From contig OZ024750.1 of assembly GCA_964016885.1 (NCBI GenBank), positions 42,036,001 through 42,100,000 of the forward strand: a stretch of DNA of 64,000 nucleotides, given 5' to 3'. The translations under genes and the position numbers were made by a program. The DNA comes from Eledone cirrhosa. Its lineage: Eukaryota. Below the pieces are notes generated by a model. It did no database searches. It was not told the DNA's origin and worked only from the letters and a program-made list of their open reading frames with translations. Below are positions 11,453 to 24,355 of the stretch, piece after piece (the first letter of the stretch is position 1; every line of letters starts with the position of its first letter).

Positions 11453-12675
11453 TCTGGCTAGTTAGTTACAACTGTGTAATAGTAATATTATTTCTGGCTA
11501 GTTAGTTACAACTGTGTAATAGTAATATTATTTCTGGCTAGTTAATTACAACTGTGTAATAGTAATATTATTTCTGGCTAGTTAATTACAACTGTGTAAT
11601 AGTAATATTATTTCTGGCTAGTTAATTACAACTGTGTAATAGTAATATTATTTCTGGTTAGTTAGTTAGTTAGTTACAACTGTGTAATAGTAATATTATT
11701 TCTGGCTAGTTAATTACAACTGTGTAATAGTAATATTATTTCTGGCTAGTTAATTACAACTGTGTAATAGTAATATTATTTCTGGCTAGTTAATTACAAC
11801 TGTGTAATAGTAATATTATTTCTGGCTAGTTAATTACAACTGTGTAATAGTAATATTATTTCTGGCTAGTTAATTACAACTGTGTAATAGTAATATTATT
11901 TCTGGCTAGTTAGTTACAACTGTGTAATAGTAATATTATTTCTGGCTAGTTAATTACAACTGTGTAATAGTAATATTATTTCTGGCTAGTTAGTTACAAC
12001 TGTGTAATAGTAATATTATTTCTGGCTAGTTAGTTACAACTGTGTAATAGTAATATTATTTCTGGCTAGTTAATTACAACTGTGTAATAGTAATATTATT
12101 TCTGGCTAGTTAGTTACAACTGTGTAATAGTAATATTATTTCTGGTTAGTTAGTTAGTTAGTTACAACTGTGTAATAGTAATATTATTTCTGGCTAGTTA
12201 ATTACAACTGTGTAATAGTAATATTATGTCTGGCTAGTTAATTACAACTGTGTAATAGTAATATTATTTCTGGCTAGTTAGTTACAACTGTGTAATAGTA
12301 ATATTATTTCTGGCTAGTTAGTTACAACTGTGTAATAGTAATATTATTTCTGGCTAGTTAATTACAACTGTGTAATAGTAATATTATTTCTGGCTAGTTA
12401 ATTACAACTGTGTAATAGTAATATTATTTCTGGCTAATTAGTTACAACTGTGTAATAGTAATATTATTTCTGGCTAGTTAATTACAACTGTGTAATAGTA
12501 ATATTATTTCTGGCTAGTTAGTTACAACTGTGTAATAGTAATATTATTTCTGGCTAGTTAATTACAGCTGTGTAATAGTAATATTATTTCTGGCTAGTTA
12601 ATTACAACTGTGTAATAGTAATATTATTTCTGGCTAGTTAATTACAACTGTGTAATAGTAATATTATTTCTGGCT
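11448..12675. repeat. 40-bp minisatellite, about 30 copies
   Basis: Unit ctggctagttaattacaactgtgtaatagtaatattattt; the same unit flanks both SINE copies upstream. Confidence 0.95.
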
Positions 12676-13435
12676 TCACCTACCTCTTACCTAGGGACAA
12701 AAGGTAAGGCCATCTAGTCTCTTCCCATCAATTCTGGATAATCCAGCCAACTCCTAAACTGAGGGGATATCTACCCGAACTAGAGCCCCACCAAAGTTAA
12801 ACAATGGTGTTCCTAGTTAGTTCTCTGATGGGTAACCACTTTGGAAAGCTAGATGAAATAATCATTTTTCCGTATTGATTTTGTCAATGTTGGTGACTCA
12901 CCTTACAGAAGTATCAGGTGATGCTCGTGAGGGTGCTTGGCTATGCTGGTATCTTAGCCACGCTATCATATGTAGTAAACATTTTAAGAGGGATACATAA
13001 AAGAGTGTCCTCATCTCTAATTTTTTTCCTCCAATGTTGTTTTTTATTGATTTCTTTCATTTGTACATCATATTTATTATATAAATTGTGTTTCTATCCA
13101 CTGTTATATTTGGGGAGGGTCATATTGTTATAATATTGCCAGAAATATATAATAAAACACTCTCACTGTTTGGTTTGGGTTGGTTTTTGCTTCAGTATAT
13201 TTTATATCCCTATAGTTAATTCAGCTGGCAATCAATGTTTATCAGTGATTAACCAACAGCTAAAAATATAGATATAAATATAGTTTCTCAGAGTTCTTTT
13301 GTCACACACATGTGACATCATCAGTGATGTTATTATGCCTCTTCTAGTTGTATTGCTGTAATGTTTTCTTATTCTATTTCATTTATTTCGTTTATATGTA
13401 CAATATGATTTAATAAAACTATCTATTTAGTATAT

Positions 13436-13987
13436 GTAACGATCAAGTCGCCTCCCCTCTTCAAAAACGAAGGAGAGGCGGTGTTTCTGTGCGTAATAGC
13501 CATGGCGAAAGAGTTTGTATGGTGGACGTGTCTGAAAGTACTGAGGTCAGACACCTTTCTCTCTGGCCAACAACTGGTCCGTTTCTTCCGATATCATTTC
13601 AGAAGAAGGATCAGGATGGAGAGAGAGGTGCTGCACCCCAGCCTTTTCTATGAAAGATGGGTGAAAGTGGCGAGAATGTCCCGTGTGAATGGGCCTTCAC
13701 TCTACATCAGACTATAGGTGAGAAAGATGAAAGCTCAAGGGAGCACCCTCTCTCTGTGCTCCTGAGGAGAAGGGTTGCACACTTTTTTCGGGGGTGTGTG
13801 CGACCCCCCCAAGGCGCCTCCTCCCTATTGAGGATTTTGTTATTCAATTTATTTTTGTTATATTTTATATTTTATATTTTTATATTTTGTTATTGCCTCC
13901 TCCTTATTGAGGACGCCTTGTTATGTAAACTCCCCCCATTGTACTTGTCCCACTTTTTGATGCCCTGGAGGCAAATAAAAAGAAAGT
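13436..13987 (+). mobile_element. 5'-truncated Tx1/L1-clade LINE with 16-bp TSD
   Basis: Homologous to 20823-21338 (EGEAVFLCVIAMAKE.VWWT); TSD tatctatttagtatat at 13420-13435 and 13988-14003. Confidence 0.92.
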
Positions 13988-14127
13988 TATCTATTTAGTA
14001 TATACTGGGTTAAAAAAAACAACTTAGTCTCCAAAATAATATGGAGCTAGAAAGAAAACAAACAAAAAGTTAAAATAGTTCACTGAACTGTGACATGTTA
14101 AAATATAATTATAGAATAAAATGTTAA

Positions 14128-15385
14128 ATGGTGATGGTTATGATGGTGGTGATGGTGATAGTGATGATGGTGATGGTGATGGGGATGATGGTGAAGTTGG
14201 TGATGGTGATGGTGGTGGGGATGGTGATGGTGATGATGGTGATGATAGTGATGGTGATGGGGATGGTGAGGTTGGTGATGGTGATGGGGATGGTAATGAT
14301 GAGGTTGGTGATGGTGATGGTGATGAGGTCGGTGATGGTGATGGTGATGGTGGTGGGGATGGTGATGGTGATGATGGTGATGATGGTGATGATGGTGATG
14401 GTGAGGTTGGGGATGGTGAGGTTGGTGATGGTGATGGGGATGGTGATGGTGATGAGGTCGGTGATGGTGATGGTGATGGTGATGGCGGTGGGGATGGTGA
14501 TGTGATGATGGTGATGATGGTGATGGTGATGGGGATGGTGAGGTTGGTGATGGTGATGGGATGGTGATGGTGATGATGAGGTTGGTGATTGTGATGGTGA
14601 TGGTGGTGGGGATGGTGATGAGGTCAGTGATGGTGATGGGGATGGTGATGATGATGAGGTTGGTGATGGTGATGATGATGGTGGTGGGGATGGTGATGAG
14701 GTCAGTGATGGTGATGGGGATGGTGATGATGATGAGGTTGGTGATGGTGATGGTGATGATGATGAGGTTGGTGATGGTGTTGATGATGAGGTTGGTGATG
14801 GTGGTGGGGATGGTGATGAGGTCAGTGATGGTGATGGGGATGGTGATGATGATGAGGTTGGTGATGGTGATGGTGATGATGATGAGGTTGGTGATGGTGT
14901 TGATGATGAGGTTGGTGATGGTGGTGGGGATGGTGATGAGGTCAGTGATGGTGATGGGGATGGGGATGATGATGAGGTTGGTGATGGTGATGGTGGTGGG
15001 GATGGTGATGGTGATGAGGTCGGTGATGATGATGAGGATGGTGATGACAGTGATAGTGATGGGGATGAGGTTGGTGATGGGGATGAGGTTGGTGATGGGG
15101 ATGAGGTTGGTGATGGTGATGAGGTTGGTGATGGGGATGAGGTTGGTGATGGGGATGAGGTTGGTGATGGTGATGAGGATGATGTTGATCATCATGATCA
15201 CTATCATCATCATCATCATCATCATCATGGCAATGTGATGATGAAGATGATGATGACAATGACGACGATGATGATGATGATGAAAGTGAGGTTGACGATA
15301 ATGATGATGATGATGATGATGATGAATATGGTAATAAAATAGACTACAGTAATAATAATAATAATGATAATAATAATAATAATAT
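14128..15385. repeat. Compound (GAT/GGT)n triplet microsatellite ending in (AAT)n
   Basis: Visible directly; source of the poly-H, poly-D/G and poly-M/V ORFs. Confidence 0.95.
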
Positions 15386-15770
15386 TAATACAGTACAAAA
15401 ATAATGTGAAACTATAAAACAATTATAAAATATACAATATATGCTTTAGTTGTTTCAGCCATCGGCTTGTTACCATGTTGGGGAATTTCCACAGTAATGA
15501 TAATAAAATAAGCTAATAATATAATATGGTTAAAAGGTGATAAAATATTCATTATATGCTTGTTTTGTTTTTTTACTTTATTTGTATATTTATTCTTTTT
15601 TTAATTTTTATTTTATTTATTTTTTATTCTATTTTATTATTATTATTATTATTATTTTTTTTTTGTAGGGGACTCTTCACATGATCTATTGGAAACCTTA
15701 AAAATCTGAGAGTATAGAGATATGGGGATTTGGGGGAAAATGGGTGCTGCTGCATACCTATTGAACCACA

Positions 15771-15998
15771 TTAACCCTTTTAATGGCTATCATTAACCCT
15801 TTTGACACCAATCTCCCTAAAACCACCTCTGCTTTGCTGTGAAACAAAGTCACTCAATTTAAAAGGTTCCTGATTTAAATTAAAATCTTCCAACAATTTT
15901 ATATAATATCCATATTTGAAGTTTACTATCTTTGTAATGAAATAATTAATAGTTTTCATAAATCCTTCAAAATTCTTCATGAATTAATTGAAAGGGGT
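15771..15998 (+). mobile_element. Degraded piggyBac-type MITE (family C)
   Basis: TTAAcccttttgacaccaatctccctaaaacc start; degenerate aaagggg end. Confidence 0.45.
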
Positions 15999-16049
15999 AG
16001 AGTTCTCAGATATACCTTCCAGAGGGACCATTATAATTTCTAGTTTAAA

Positions 16050-16250
16050 CACAAAGCCAGCAATTTTTAAGGGATCTGAAGAAGTCAAGTAAATTGACTG
16101 AAATAGTTTACTAATTCACTATTTTATTGACCTGTGGAAGAATGAAAGGCTAACTCTACCTCGGTGGGATTTGAACTTAGAGCTCACAGAGTCTCAATGA
16201 AAATATGGCAAAACATTCTATCTGACATTCTAATGACTGTCAATTCACCA
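16050..16250 (-). mobile_element. SINE family 1, degraded
   Basis: cacaaagccagcaattt...gaatgaaaggc...ctcggtgggatttgaact. Confidence 0.7.
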
Positions 16251-16765
16251 CCTTAACCCCTTACCATTTACATTACTCTATATATACTATTGTATTTTCA
16301 AAGTAAAGGCTTTACCTCACATAATATCTCACATAACATTTACATTACTCTATATTTACTATTGTATTTTCTTGGTAAAGGCTTTACCTCACATAATATC
16401 TCACATAACATTTACATTACTCTATATATACTATTGTATTTTCACAGTAAAGGCTTTACCTCACATAATATCTCACATAACATTTACATTACTCTATATA
16501 TACTATTGTATTTTCAAAGTAAAGGCTTTACCTCACATAATATCTCACATAACATCTCGTATACGAGAGACGTGTGTTGACGTGTGTGAACAAGCTCGGC
16601 TACCGAGTCGGATTTACTTACTCAAAAGTGAGTTTTGATTAATTTTTTTATACTGTAATATACGTTAACCCCTTGCCTTGGTCGTCAAACTTTGAGTTTA
16701 TTTATTTTCGCCCCTTTTTGGGGCGAATTTTCCAGTTAAAAACTTATTACGGCAAACTAATAGAA

Positions 16766-18478
16766 ATGGACGGAATTTTCACATCTCATCCTAACGTGAA
16801 AGCCACGCCCCCTAAGAAAGGTGATACAGAGAAGCTAGAAGCACAAGGCTCTAAGTCTTCCCTCCTCACTTCTGCAAAAGAAACATGGAACACGGAATTA
16901 AAAGAAAAATTTGTAAAAATGGGTGAAAACCCAGAAAGTCACATAAACGCAGACAAAAACAACAACGACAATAACAGCAATAGTCACAACACCAACCAAG
17001 GAAAAAATAACGATAACACCAAACAAAGCGAAACCACTACTGGTGCCTCCTTTGTACAGGCGGTCCGGAAAACACAAACCTGCAAGCAACTGGACATTAC
17101 AACTCTGAGAGAAAAGATGAAGGAAGCGAAACAGTATGTAACTTTCAAAGAAGGAGGAGACTTCACAATCACCTCCCCACAAGAAATCAAAAGAGACACG
17201 ACGCTAAGAACGATATCTTTCAGAACAATTTCCAACATAACAAGGAAACCAGCTCAATTATCCCAAAAAGAGATTGAGCTGGTCCTAAAAAATGTGTGGA
17301 GTGATATATCGTTCATACAAAAAGGGCCACTCTATGGGAATATAACGGTCCTAATGAAGGATCAATTGACGGCCAGGAAATACTCTGTGGCGCCAATTGT
17401 TTCCAAGCTACATACATTTTTCCCCACATATTTAGGGAAAAGAACGCAGAAAATAAGGGTCTCCGGAATCCGGCCAAATGCATGCATTTCCTGGGTACTA
17501 ACAGGATTTTTAGAAGACGAGGACGGAATCCTCTCAGTAGGAGAAGTCACCACAGACGTTTTCGCCGGTTTGAGCGTGGAGGTTCTGGTCCAAATGAGAC
17601 CAGAACGAATAGCTAGAATACCACAGAGGGTGTCCCTCGATGGAGAAACATTTATATACATTTCAGCCGAGGGTAGGAGGCCCATATGTTACTACTGTTC
17701 AAGCAGGGGTCATCTAAGGGCTGCTTGTCCTCAATTGACAAAAAAAAAGGCTCTTTTGCCTACACCCCACACACCACCACCGCCACCACCACCACCTCCA
17801 CCACCACCACCACAACAACAACAAAAACAACACGGAAAAATAACACAAGACACGGCCCCACCCAAAACAACTCCCAAAACACACACAAATACAACAAAAC
17901 CCCAAAATACACCACTACCCGACAGCACGGACGAGGACCCAGCTGAAACGGCACCTAGTGACGAAGAGGGGGAACCCTTCCAACCTGTAAAAGGGAAAAA
18001 AAGAAAGCACCACTCGAACATAAACGAAACAAACACACAACCACCAACAAAAACAAAACAAACAGAACAAACAAAATCCGCCCCACCCCAAAACATAACA
18101 CATACAACAAAACGTAAGCACACACAAGAACAACAAACAAACACAACACAAATAAAACAGTATACATACATTAACACAAATAACAAAGAACTAGTAAAAA
18201 CAATACACAAAGACCCTTCGGTGGAAACTGAAGGGCAATTCTTTGCAAGCGCGGCCAACAAACCGCATTTAAAAATGATAAGACTCCCAATGGACACCTA
18301 TGCAAAACTAAGAGAGAACTTTCCTGAGGACGTGGGGAAAACATGTACTCGACCCTATAACCGCGTCCTCTTGAAACGTTTCCCCACCCACACCTCACCA
18401 AACACCCCCACTCCACCACAGAACAACACCCCACCAAACAACCCCTCCAATACGCCCATGGATATTGTGCAAAGTTAG
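16766..18478 (+). CDS. LINE ORF1p, gag-like nucleic-acid-binding protein with zinc knuckle
   Basis: Uninterrupted ORF from ATG 16766; CYYCSSRGHLRAAC = CX2CX4HX4C; Pro/Thr/Gln-rich C-terminal half; basic KGKKRK patch. Confidence 0.85.
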   Translation: MDGIFTSHPNVKATPPKKGDTEKLEAQGSKSSLLTSAKETWNTELKEKFVKMGENPESHINADKNNNDNNSNSHNTNQGKNNDNTKQSETTTGASFVQAVRKTQTCKQLDITTLREKMKEAKQYVTFKEGGDFTITSPQEIKRDTTLRTISFRTISNITRKPAQLSQKEIELVLKNVWSDISFIQKGPLYGNITVLMKDQLTARKYSVAPIVSKLHTFFPTYLGKRTQKIRVSGIRPNACISWVLTGFLEDEDGILSVGEVTTDVFAGLSVEVLVQMRPERIARIPQRVSLDGETFIYISAEGRRPICYYCSSRGHLRAACPQLTKKKALLPTPHTPPPPPPPPPPPPPQQQQKQHGKITQDTAPPKTTPKTHTNTTKPQNTPLPDSTDEDPAETAPSDEEGEPFQPVKGKKRKHHSNINETNTQPPTKTKQTEQTKSAPPQNITHTTKRKHTQEQQTNTTQIKQYTYINTNNKELVKTIHKDPSVETEGQFFASAANKPHLKMIRLPMDTYAKLRENFPEDVGKTCTRPYNRVLLKRFPTHTSPNTPTPPQNNTPPNNPSNTPMDIVQS

Positions 18479-21102
18479 TTAAGCAGAGTTTGACAGGAGC
18501 AATTGTCAACAACAGGTGGTGGAGCTCTCTTAAGAGAGCAATTAGAATAGAATCGATAGGTTTTAGTCAGGAATTAGCAAGGGATAGGAACAAGACGGAA
18601 AGGGAATTAGTAGATAGAGTAGAAGAGGCGATTAGGAGTGGCAATGTAGCCGGCGTGCTGGCATCAAGAATGGCCTTAGACCAGTTCTTTGAGGTAAAGC
18701 ATGAAGGCTGCGTTGTCAGGAGTAAAATACGTGCTCTGGGTAATGAGGGAGCCAAAGCTGTGAGCTGGGCCCGAGTGACAGAGGCAAAAAGTGGGAACAA
18801 GTCCACGATTCGGTCTTTGAAGGACCAGGATGGGCGTGTGATCCTTGAACCTGGGCAGATGTGTGCGGCCTTTCAGCGGCACTTTGCACGACTGTTCGAG
18901 AGGGGCGGCGCGCCGGGTGAGACTATGGATTTCAATCCATACCTCGACGGTCTGCCGCGCCTCTCGGACGCGGAGGCGAAGTCCTGCGAAAGGACGATTT
19001 CAGCGGCGCTGAGCCAATGCGGCAAACGCAAATCCCCGGGTCTCGATGGTCTACCATACGAGCTATATGTAGTGATGCCGGACTTGTTCTCCGATATCCT
19101 CGAAGCGGTCTACTGCAACTGGCAGCAGAACGGGAGAATTCCCAGTTCTGTGACCAAGGGCGTAGTTACGCTGGTGAGGAAGGATGAGAACAAGGGGGAT
19201 GACATAAGTAACTTCAGGCCCATAACTCTGCTAAATACAGAGTTAAAGATTTTGGCCAAGGTGTTAGCGAAGAGGTTGGCGCTTGTCGTTGGAAACCTGG
19301 TGGGAGAAGCGCAGACATGCGCAATCCCGTCCAGGTCCATTCACGACAATCTCCACCTTATGCGATACATCATAGAGAGGGTAGGGAATGAACCCGGCTT
19401 TGGTGGGGCCCTGATCAACTTGGATCAATCTAAAGCTTTCGATAGGGTTGACCATCGTTACCTGGATGCGGTGCTCGCGGCGGCAGGCTTCGGACCCGTT
19501 TTCAGGGGTTGGATTGCTGCGATGCACAGCAGCAACGTCTGCTCAAGGGTCAAGGTGAACGGCCACCTCTCGGAGCCGTTCCAAATCATGCGATCCATCC
19601 GACAGGGATGCCCTCTCTCCTCCCTACTGTATGTGCTGGCTCTTGAGCCACTACTGCGGAAGTTGGAGTGGTTGCAGGGCATCCCTTTGGAACCGGGATT
19701 GCAGAAAGCGGCGTCAGCCTACGCCGATGACGTGACAGTAATGGTGTCGAAAACCTCGCAAATCGGTGAGATTGGCACCTTACTGGAGGAATATGAAAGG
19801 TTTACAGGAGCCAAGCTGAACCGGGACAAGTCCGTCGGTTTGCAACTCGGAACATGGAGAGGCAAACCGATGCCCTCCAACGACGTCGTCGGACGCTGGA
19901 CGGAGGGCCCGGTGAAGCTGCTTGGGGTCTGGTTCGGACCAGACCTCCAGGTGGAGAAAAACTGGAACGAGGTAACGGCCAGGGTGTTTGCACTCACCCA
20001 GAAGTGGGCCCAGTGCAAACTATCCCTGAAAGGTCGAGCGGAGGTGGCGAATACTTATATAGCATCCGTCATCTACCACCGCTTGACCGTCGTGCCTTGC
20101 CCAGTGAAAAGACTCGCCAAAATGGAGTGCGCGCTGTTCCAATTTCTTTGGAACAAGCGGACCCCTTTGGTGAGGAGATCCATCTGCTGTCAACACCCTT
20201 CGAAAGGAGGGCTGGGGATGCCGTGGCTACAGATGCGTAAACACGCATTAAGGCTACGGCACCTCCAGGTATTCCTCACCGGTCAACCAGTGTGGGCCCC
20301 GTTTGTGAGGCGAGCCTTTCCCAAACTCGTCTCGCTCACCGAGCTGCAATCCTGGGTCAAGCAAAGACCGAGAAAAGTGGGCGACTGGCACATTGAATGT
20401 GCCCAGGCGCCCACGGCCCTCTGGAAAGCGGACCCGGCAATCAGTGGAGACTCCACCTCGACATTCTATAGAGGGTTGGTACGCAGCAGGTGCGACGATG
20501 CTCTCGGAGAAGCTCTAGGCATGGAGGAAGATGAACTGGCCAGTCTGTTCGGTAGGACGTTTGGCCCTGGACCGATGGACAACTTCCAAAAGTCCCTGGC
20601 TTGACAGTGCTACCGAGGGGCTCTACCCGTTTGAGACAAGCTCCACAGGCATGGGAGCCTGGGTAGAGATCATTTGAATAAGATCTGTCCGAGATGCGTG
20701 CATGATGACGAAACCATTGCGCACGTATTCGTACACTGCCCAGGCATTGCTGACCTGTGGGGCTATGTGGAACGACTACTGTCGAGAGTGGGACCAATCC
20801 AGTTGACCACCGAGTCCATTGTCACGATCAAACCGCCTCCCCCTTTCAAAAACGAAGGAGAGGCGGTTTTTCTCTGTGTGATAGCCATGGCTAAAGAAGT
20901 TGTATGGTGGACGAGGCTGAAAGGGCTGAGGTCGGATACCTTTCTCACCGGCCAACAACTGGTCCCCTTTTTCAAATACCATTTTAAAAGAAGGATCAGA
21001 ATGGAGAGAGAGGTGCTCTACCCCAGCAAGTTTTATGAAAGGTGGGTGAAAGTAGGGAGAATGGCCAGAGTGAATGGGTCTTCTCTCTATATCAGCCTGT
21101 AG
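18460..21102 (+). pseudogene. LINE ORF2 reverse transcriptase, endonuclease domain absent, two premature stops
   Basis: KSPGLDGLPYELY, FRPITLLN, LDQSKAFDRVDH, IRQGCPLS, AYADDV, GGLG; TGA at 20602-20604 and 20632-20634, then in-frame CPRC...ETIAHVFVHC to the stop at 21102; no APE motifs upstream. Confidence 0.9.
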
Positions 21103-21639
21103 GTGAAAGAAGAGGAAAAAAAGGAGACGAGGGAAGCACCTACTCTTTGTGCTCCTGAGGAAAAGGGTTGCACATTTTTCCGGGGTGTGTGCGACCCATG
21201 TTAATGCCCCCTCCCTATTGAGGACTTCGTTTGTTGTTGTTATTTCATTGTTATATTTTTGTACTCGTTAATTATATGTAAACTTCCCCCCTTGTATCTG
21301 TCCCTACCTTTTGTGCCCTAGTGGCAAATAAAGAAACCACTCTATATTTACTATTGTATTTTCACAGTAAAGGTTTTACCTCACATAATATCTCACATAA
21401 CATTTACATTACTGTATATATCCTATTGTATTTTCACAGTAAAGGCTTTACCTCACATAATTACCTCACATAATTACCTCACATAATTACCTAACATAAT
21501 ATTGAATCTATGAGATTTTGATATTATTTATTTTGAGAACAATACCTTAACATCAGTATAAGTGACCAGTTTAAAGAGACAGGGGATAAGGGAATTCTGG
21601 CCGGATGTGACCAGTTTAAATACTAAAGGGATATAGTAC

Positions 21640-21932
21640 TTGATTGATACTTTATTTTATTGAAAGGATGAAAGGTAAAGTTGACCTTGGCAGGATTAGA
21701 ACTCAGAATGTAGAGTGTTGTAACAATGCTCTGAGGCTACCAATCCCTAGGCAGTATCGGTAGAGGTTCAGACAACATGCTTTGCAGCACAGAGTTACGT
21801 CCCTTTACAGACTGAGTTCAAATCCTGCCAAGTTTAACTTTGCCTTTCATCCTTACGAGGTCGATAAAATAAAGTACCAGTAATGTACTAGGTAATTGCT
21901 GGCCTTGTGCCAAAAGTAGAAACAATTATTAT
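21640..21932. mobile_element. Two SINE family 1 copies, minus (about 21640-21740) then plus (about 21750-21932)
   Basis: ggatgaaaggtaaagttgacc...gaactcagaat followed by ggcagtatcggtagag...gccaaaagtagaaacaattatt. Confidence 0.75.
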
Positions 21933-22005
21933 TATAGGCAGTAATCAGTTGAGCCTTGGACATCATGTGTCGTGGCATAGAGTTACGGCCCCTTGCATTT
22001 TGAAT

Positions 22006-22075
<70 letters not shown>

Positions 22076-22548
22076 TCTCTCATTGTATTTCTCTCTCAAC
22101 ATTTTGTATGGGAAAAATAGTCTCAGTTTACAAACATTTCAGGAACGAAGTAAGTTCGTAAACCAAGGTTCCTCTGTATAAGCATAAATATTTCAGGATC
22201 TCATTATAGGTAATATTTACTTGGGAACTTCACAGTACATAATGTTTTCCATAACAGTCGTTTCCTTATCATTTCTCCTGTTTGCTAATCTGTCTGCCAA
22301 ACTTTAATATCTGATGGTTTTCAAGCTCTAGAAAAAGAGACATATAATTATACATGGCTGAACACTGGCTACAGTAAATATATTCCTACTTTATTGAAAG
22401 TCTGACCTTGTATTTTATTTATAGTCACAGAATCGAGTGGATCTCCGTCAGTTGTACCGATGAGTGTCACAGTTGTTCAAACAATGGAACTGCTTGTTCG
22501 GGAAATTAATGTGTAAGTAACTATACATTTCACAAACACATTTAACAT

Positions 22549-22777
22549 TGACCCTTTAGCATTTAAACCAGCCATATCCAGCCAAAATTCTCTCACCTTT
22601 TTCTGTTTAAATCAGCTGTAACAGGCTGCTCATACTGATGTTAAGGTACTGTTCTCAAAATAAATAATATCAAAATCTCATAGATTCGATAGTATGTGAG
22701 ATATTTATGTGAGGTAAAGTCTTTACCATGAAACTACAATAGTAAATATAGAGTAATGTAAATGGTAAAAGGGTTAA
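22549..22777 (-). mobile_element. piggyBac-type MITE family A copy
   Basis: ccctttagcatttaaacc ... gtaaatggtaaaagggTTAA. Confidence 0.85.
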
Positions 22778-22879
22778 TGTAATTCCCAGGCAGATTCAGT
22801 GTGACAAGACTGACCCATTAAATTACAGGTATAGTCCATCTGATGGAGTTCTTAACAGTTTTCCTCTACCCCAATATCA

Positions 22880-22998
22880 CTTGCAAGGCAATGGTTGGCA
22901 TAAAGCTATGGTAAATGACACTTGCCAAAGATACCGTACAGTAGGGTTGAACCCACAACCTAATAGTTTACAAAGGGAACTCCTTAATCATCCAGTCA
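22880..22998 (-). mobile_element. Degraded tRNA-type SINE (family 3)
   Basis: gacacttgccaaagataccgtacagtagggttgaaccc...ccttaatcatccagtcac; related to 46130-46290. Confidence 0.5.
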
Positions 22999-23139
22999 CA
23001 TTATAATCATAAAGTCATAAAATAGATTTACATGTTGTGGAAATCAGATCCCTTTCATTTTGGTTTCTAAATTTCTATTACTTGGTGCCAATTGTAATCA
23101 CTTATTATCAAAACTTCACCACAGATTTTGTTTTCAGTA

Positions 23140-24355
23140 GATAAATATAAACAGTTTTGTATCTTAGAACCAGTGAAAGTGTTGTTTGATAAATATAAAC
23201 AGTTTTAAAACAGTTCTGTATCTTAGAACCAGTGAAAGTGTTGTTTGATAAATATAAACAGTTTTAAAACAGTTCTGTATCTTAGAACCAGTGAAAGTGT
23301 TGTTTGATAAATATAAACAGTTTTAAAACAGTTCTGTATCTTAGAACCAGTGAAAGTGTTGTTTGATAAATATAAACAGTTTTAAAACAGTTCTGTATCT
23401 TAGAACCAGTGAAAGTGTTGTTTGATAAATATAAACAGTTTTAAAACAGTTCTGTATCTTAGAACCAGTGAAAGTGTTGTTTGATAAATATAAACAGTTT
23501 TAAAACAGTTCTGTATCTTAGAACCAGTGAAAGTGTTGTTTGATAAATATAAACAGTTTTAAAACAGTTCTGTATCTTAGAACCAGTGAAAGTGTTGTTT
23601 GATAAATATAAACAGTTTTAAAACAGTTCTGTATCTTAGAACCTGGGAAAGTGTTGTTAGATAAATATAAACAGTTTTAAAACAGTTCTGTATCTTAGAA
23701 CCTGGGAAAGTGTTGTTAGATAAATATAAACAGCTTTAAAACAGTTCTGTATCTTAGAACCAGTGAAAGTGTTGTTTGATAAATATAAACAGTTTTAAAA
23801 CAGTTCTGTATCTTAGAACCTGGGAAAGTGTTGTTAGATAAATATAAACAGCTTTAAAACAGTTCTGTATCTTAGAACCTGTGAAAGTATTGTTAGATAA
23901 ATATAAACAGTTTTAAAACAGTTCTGTATCTTAGAACCTGGGAAAGTGTTGTTAGATAAATATAAACAGCTTTAAAACAGTTCTGTATCTTAGAACCTGT
24001 GAAAGTATTGTTAGATAAATATAAACAGTTTTAAAACAGTTCTGTATCTTAGAACCTGTGAAAGTGTTGTTAGATAAATATAAACAGTTTTAAAACAGTT
24101 CTGTATCTTAGAACCTGTGAAAGTGTTGTTAGATAAATATAAACAGCTTTAAAACAGTTCTGTATCTTAGAACCAGTGAAAGTGTTGTTAGATAAATATA
24201 AACAGCTTTAAAACAGTTCTGTATCTTAGAACCAGTGAAAGTGTTGTTAGATAAATATAAACAGCTTTAAAACAGTTATGTATCTTAGAACCTGGTAAAG
24301 TGTTGTTTGATAGATATAAACAGGTTTAAAACGGTTCTGTATCTTAGAACCAGAG
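23140..24355. repeat. 59-bp minisatellite, about 20 copies
   Basis: Unit gataaatataaacagttttaaaacagttctgtatcttagaaccagtgaaagtgttgttt; variants are polarised along the array. Confidence 0.95.

Larger units (their letters stand above)
16556..21338 (+). mobile_element. Near full-length Tx1/L1-clade non-LTR retrotransposon with an internal deletion
   Basis: 5'UTR, ORF1 with CCHC knuckle, ORF2 RT plus C-terminal CxxC...HxxxxC, 3'UTR ending gcaaataaagaaa; GC content much higher than flanks. Confidence 0.93.
16252..21630 (+). mobile_element. piggyBac-type MITE family A split by the Tx1 LINE (halves 16252-16555 and 21339-21630)
   Basis: TTAAcccctttaccattt start, about four 72-bp units, the LINE, then the 72-bp units resume and end tactaaaggg. 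Confidence 0.85.

Noticed and set aside
15655-15712. Strong-looking acceptor ttttttgtag followed by DSSHDLLETLKI*
   Set aside because: All frames close within 14 codons and no partner exon was identified
16898-20982. Antisense and alternative-frame ORFs inside the LINE
   Set aside because: Shadows of ORF1 and ORF2 with no motifs of their own
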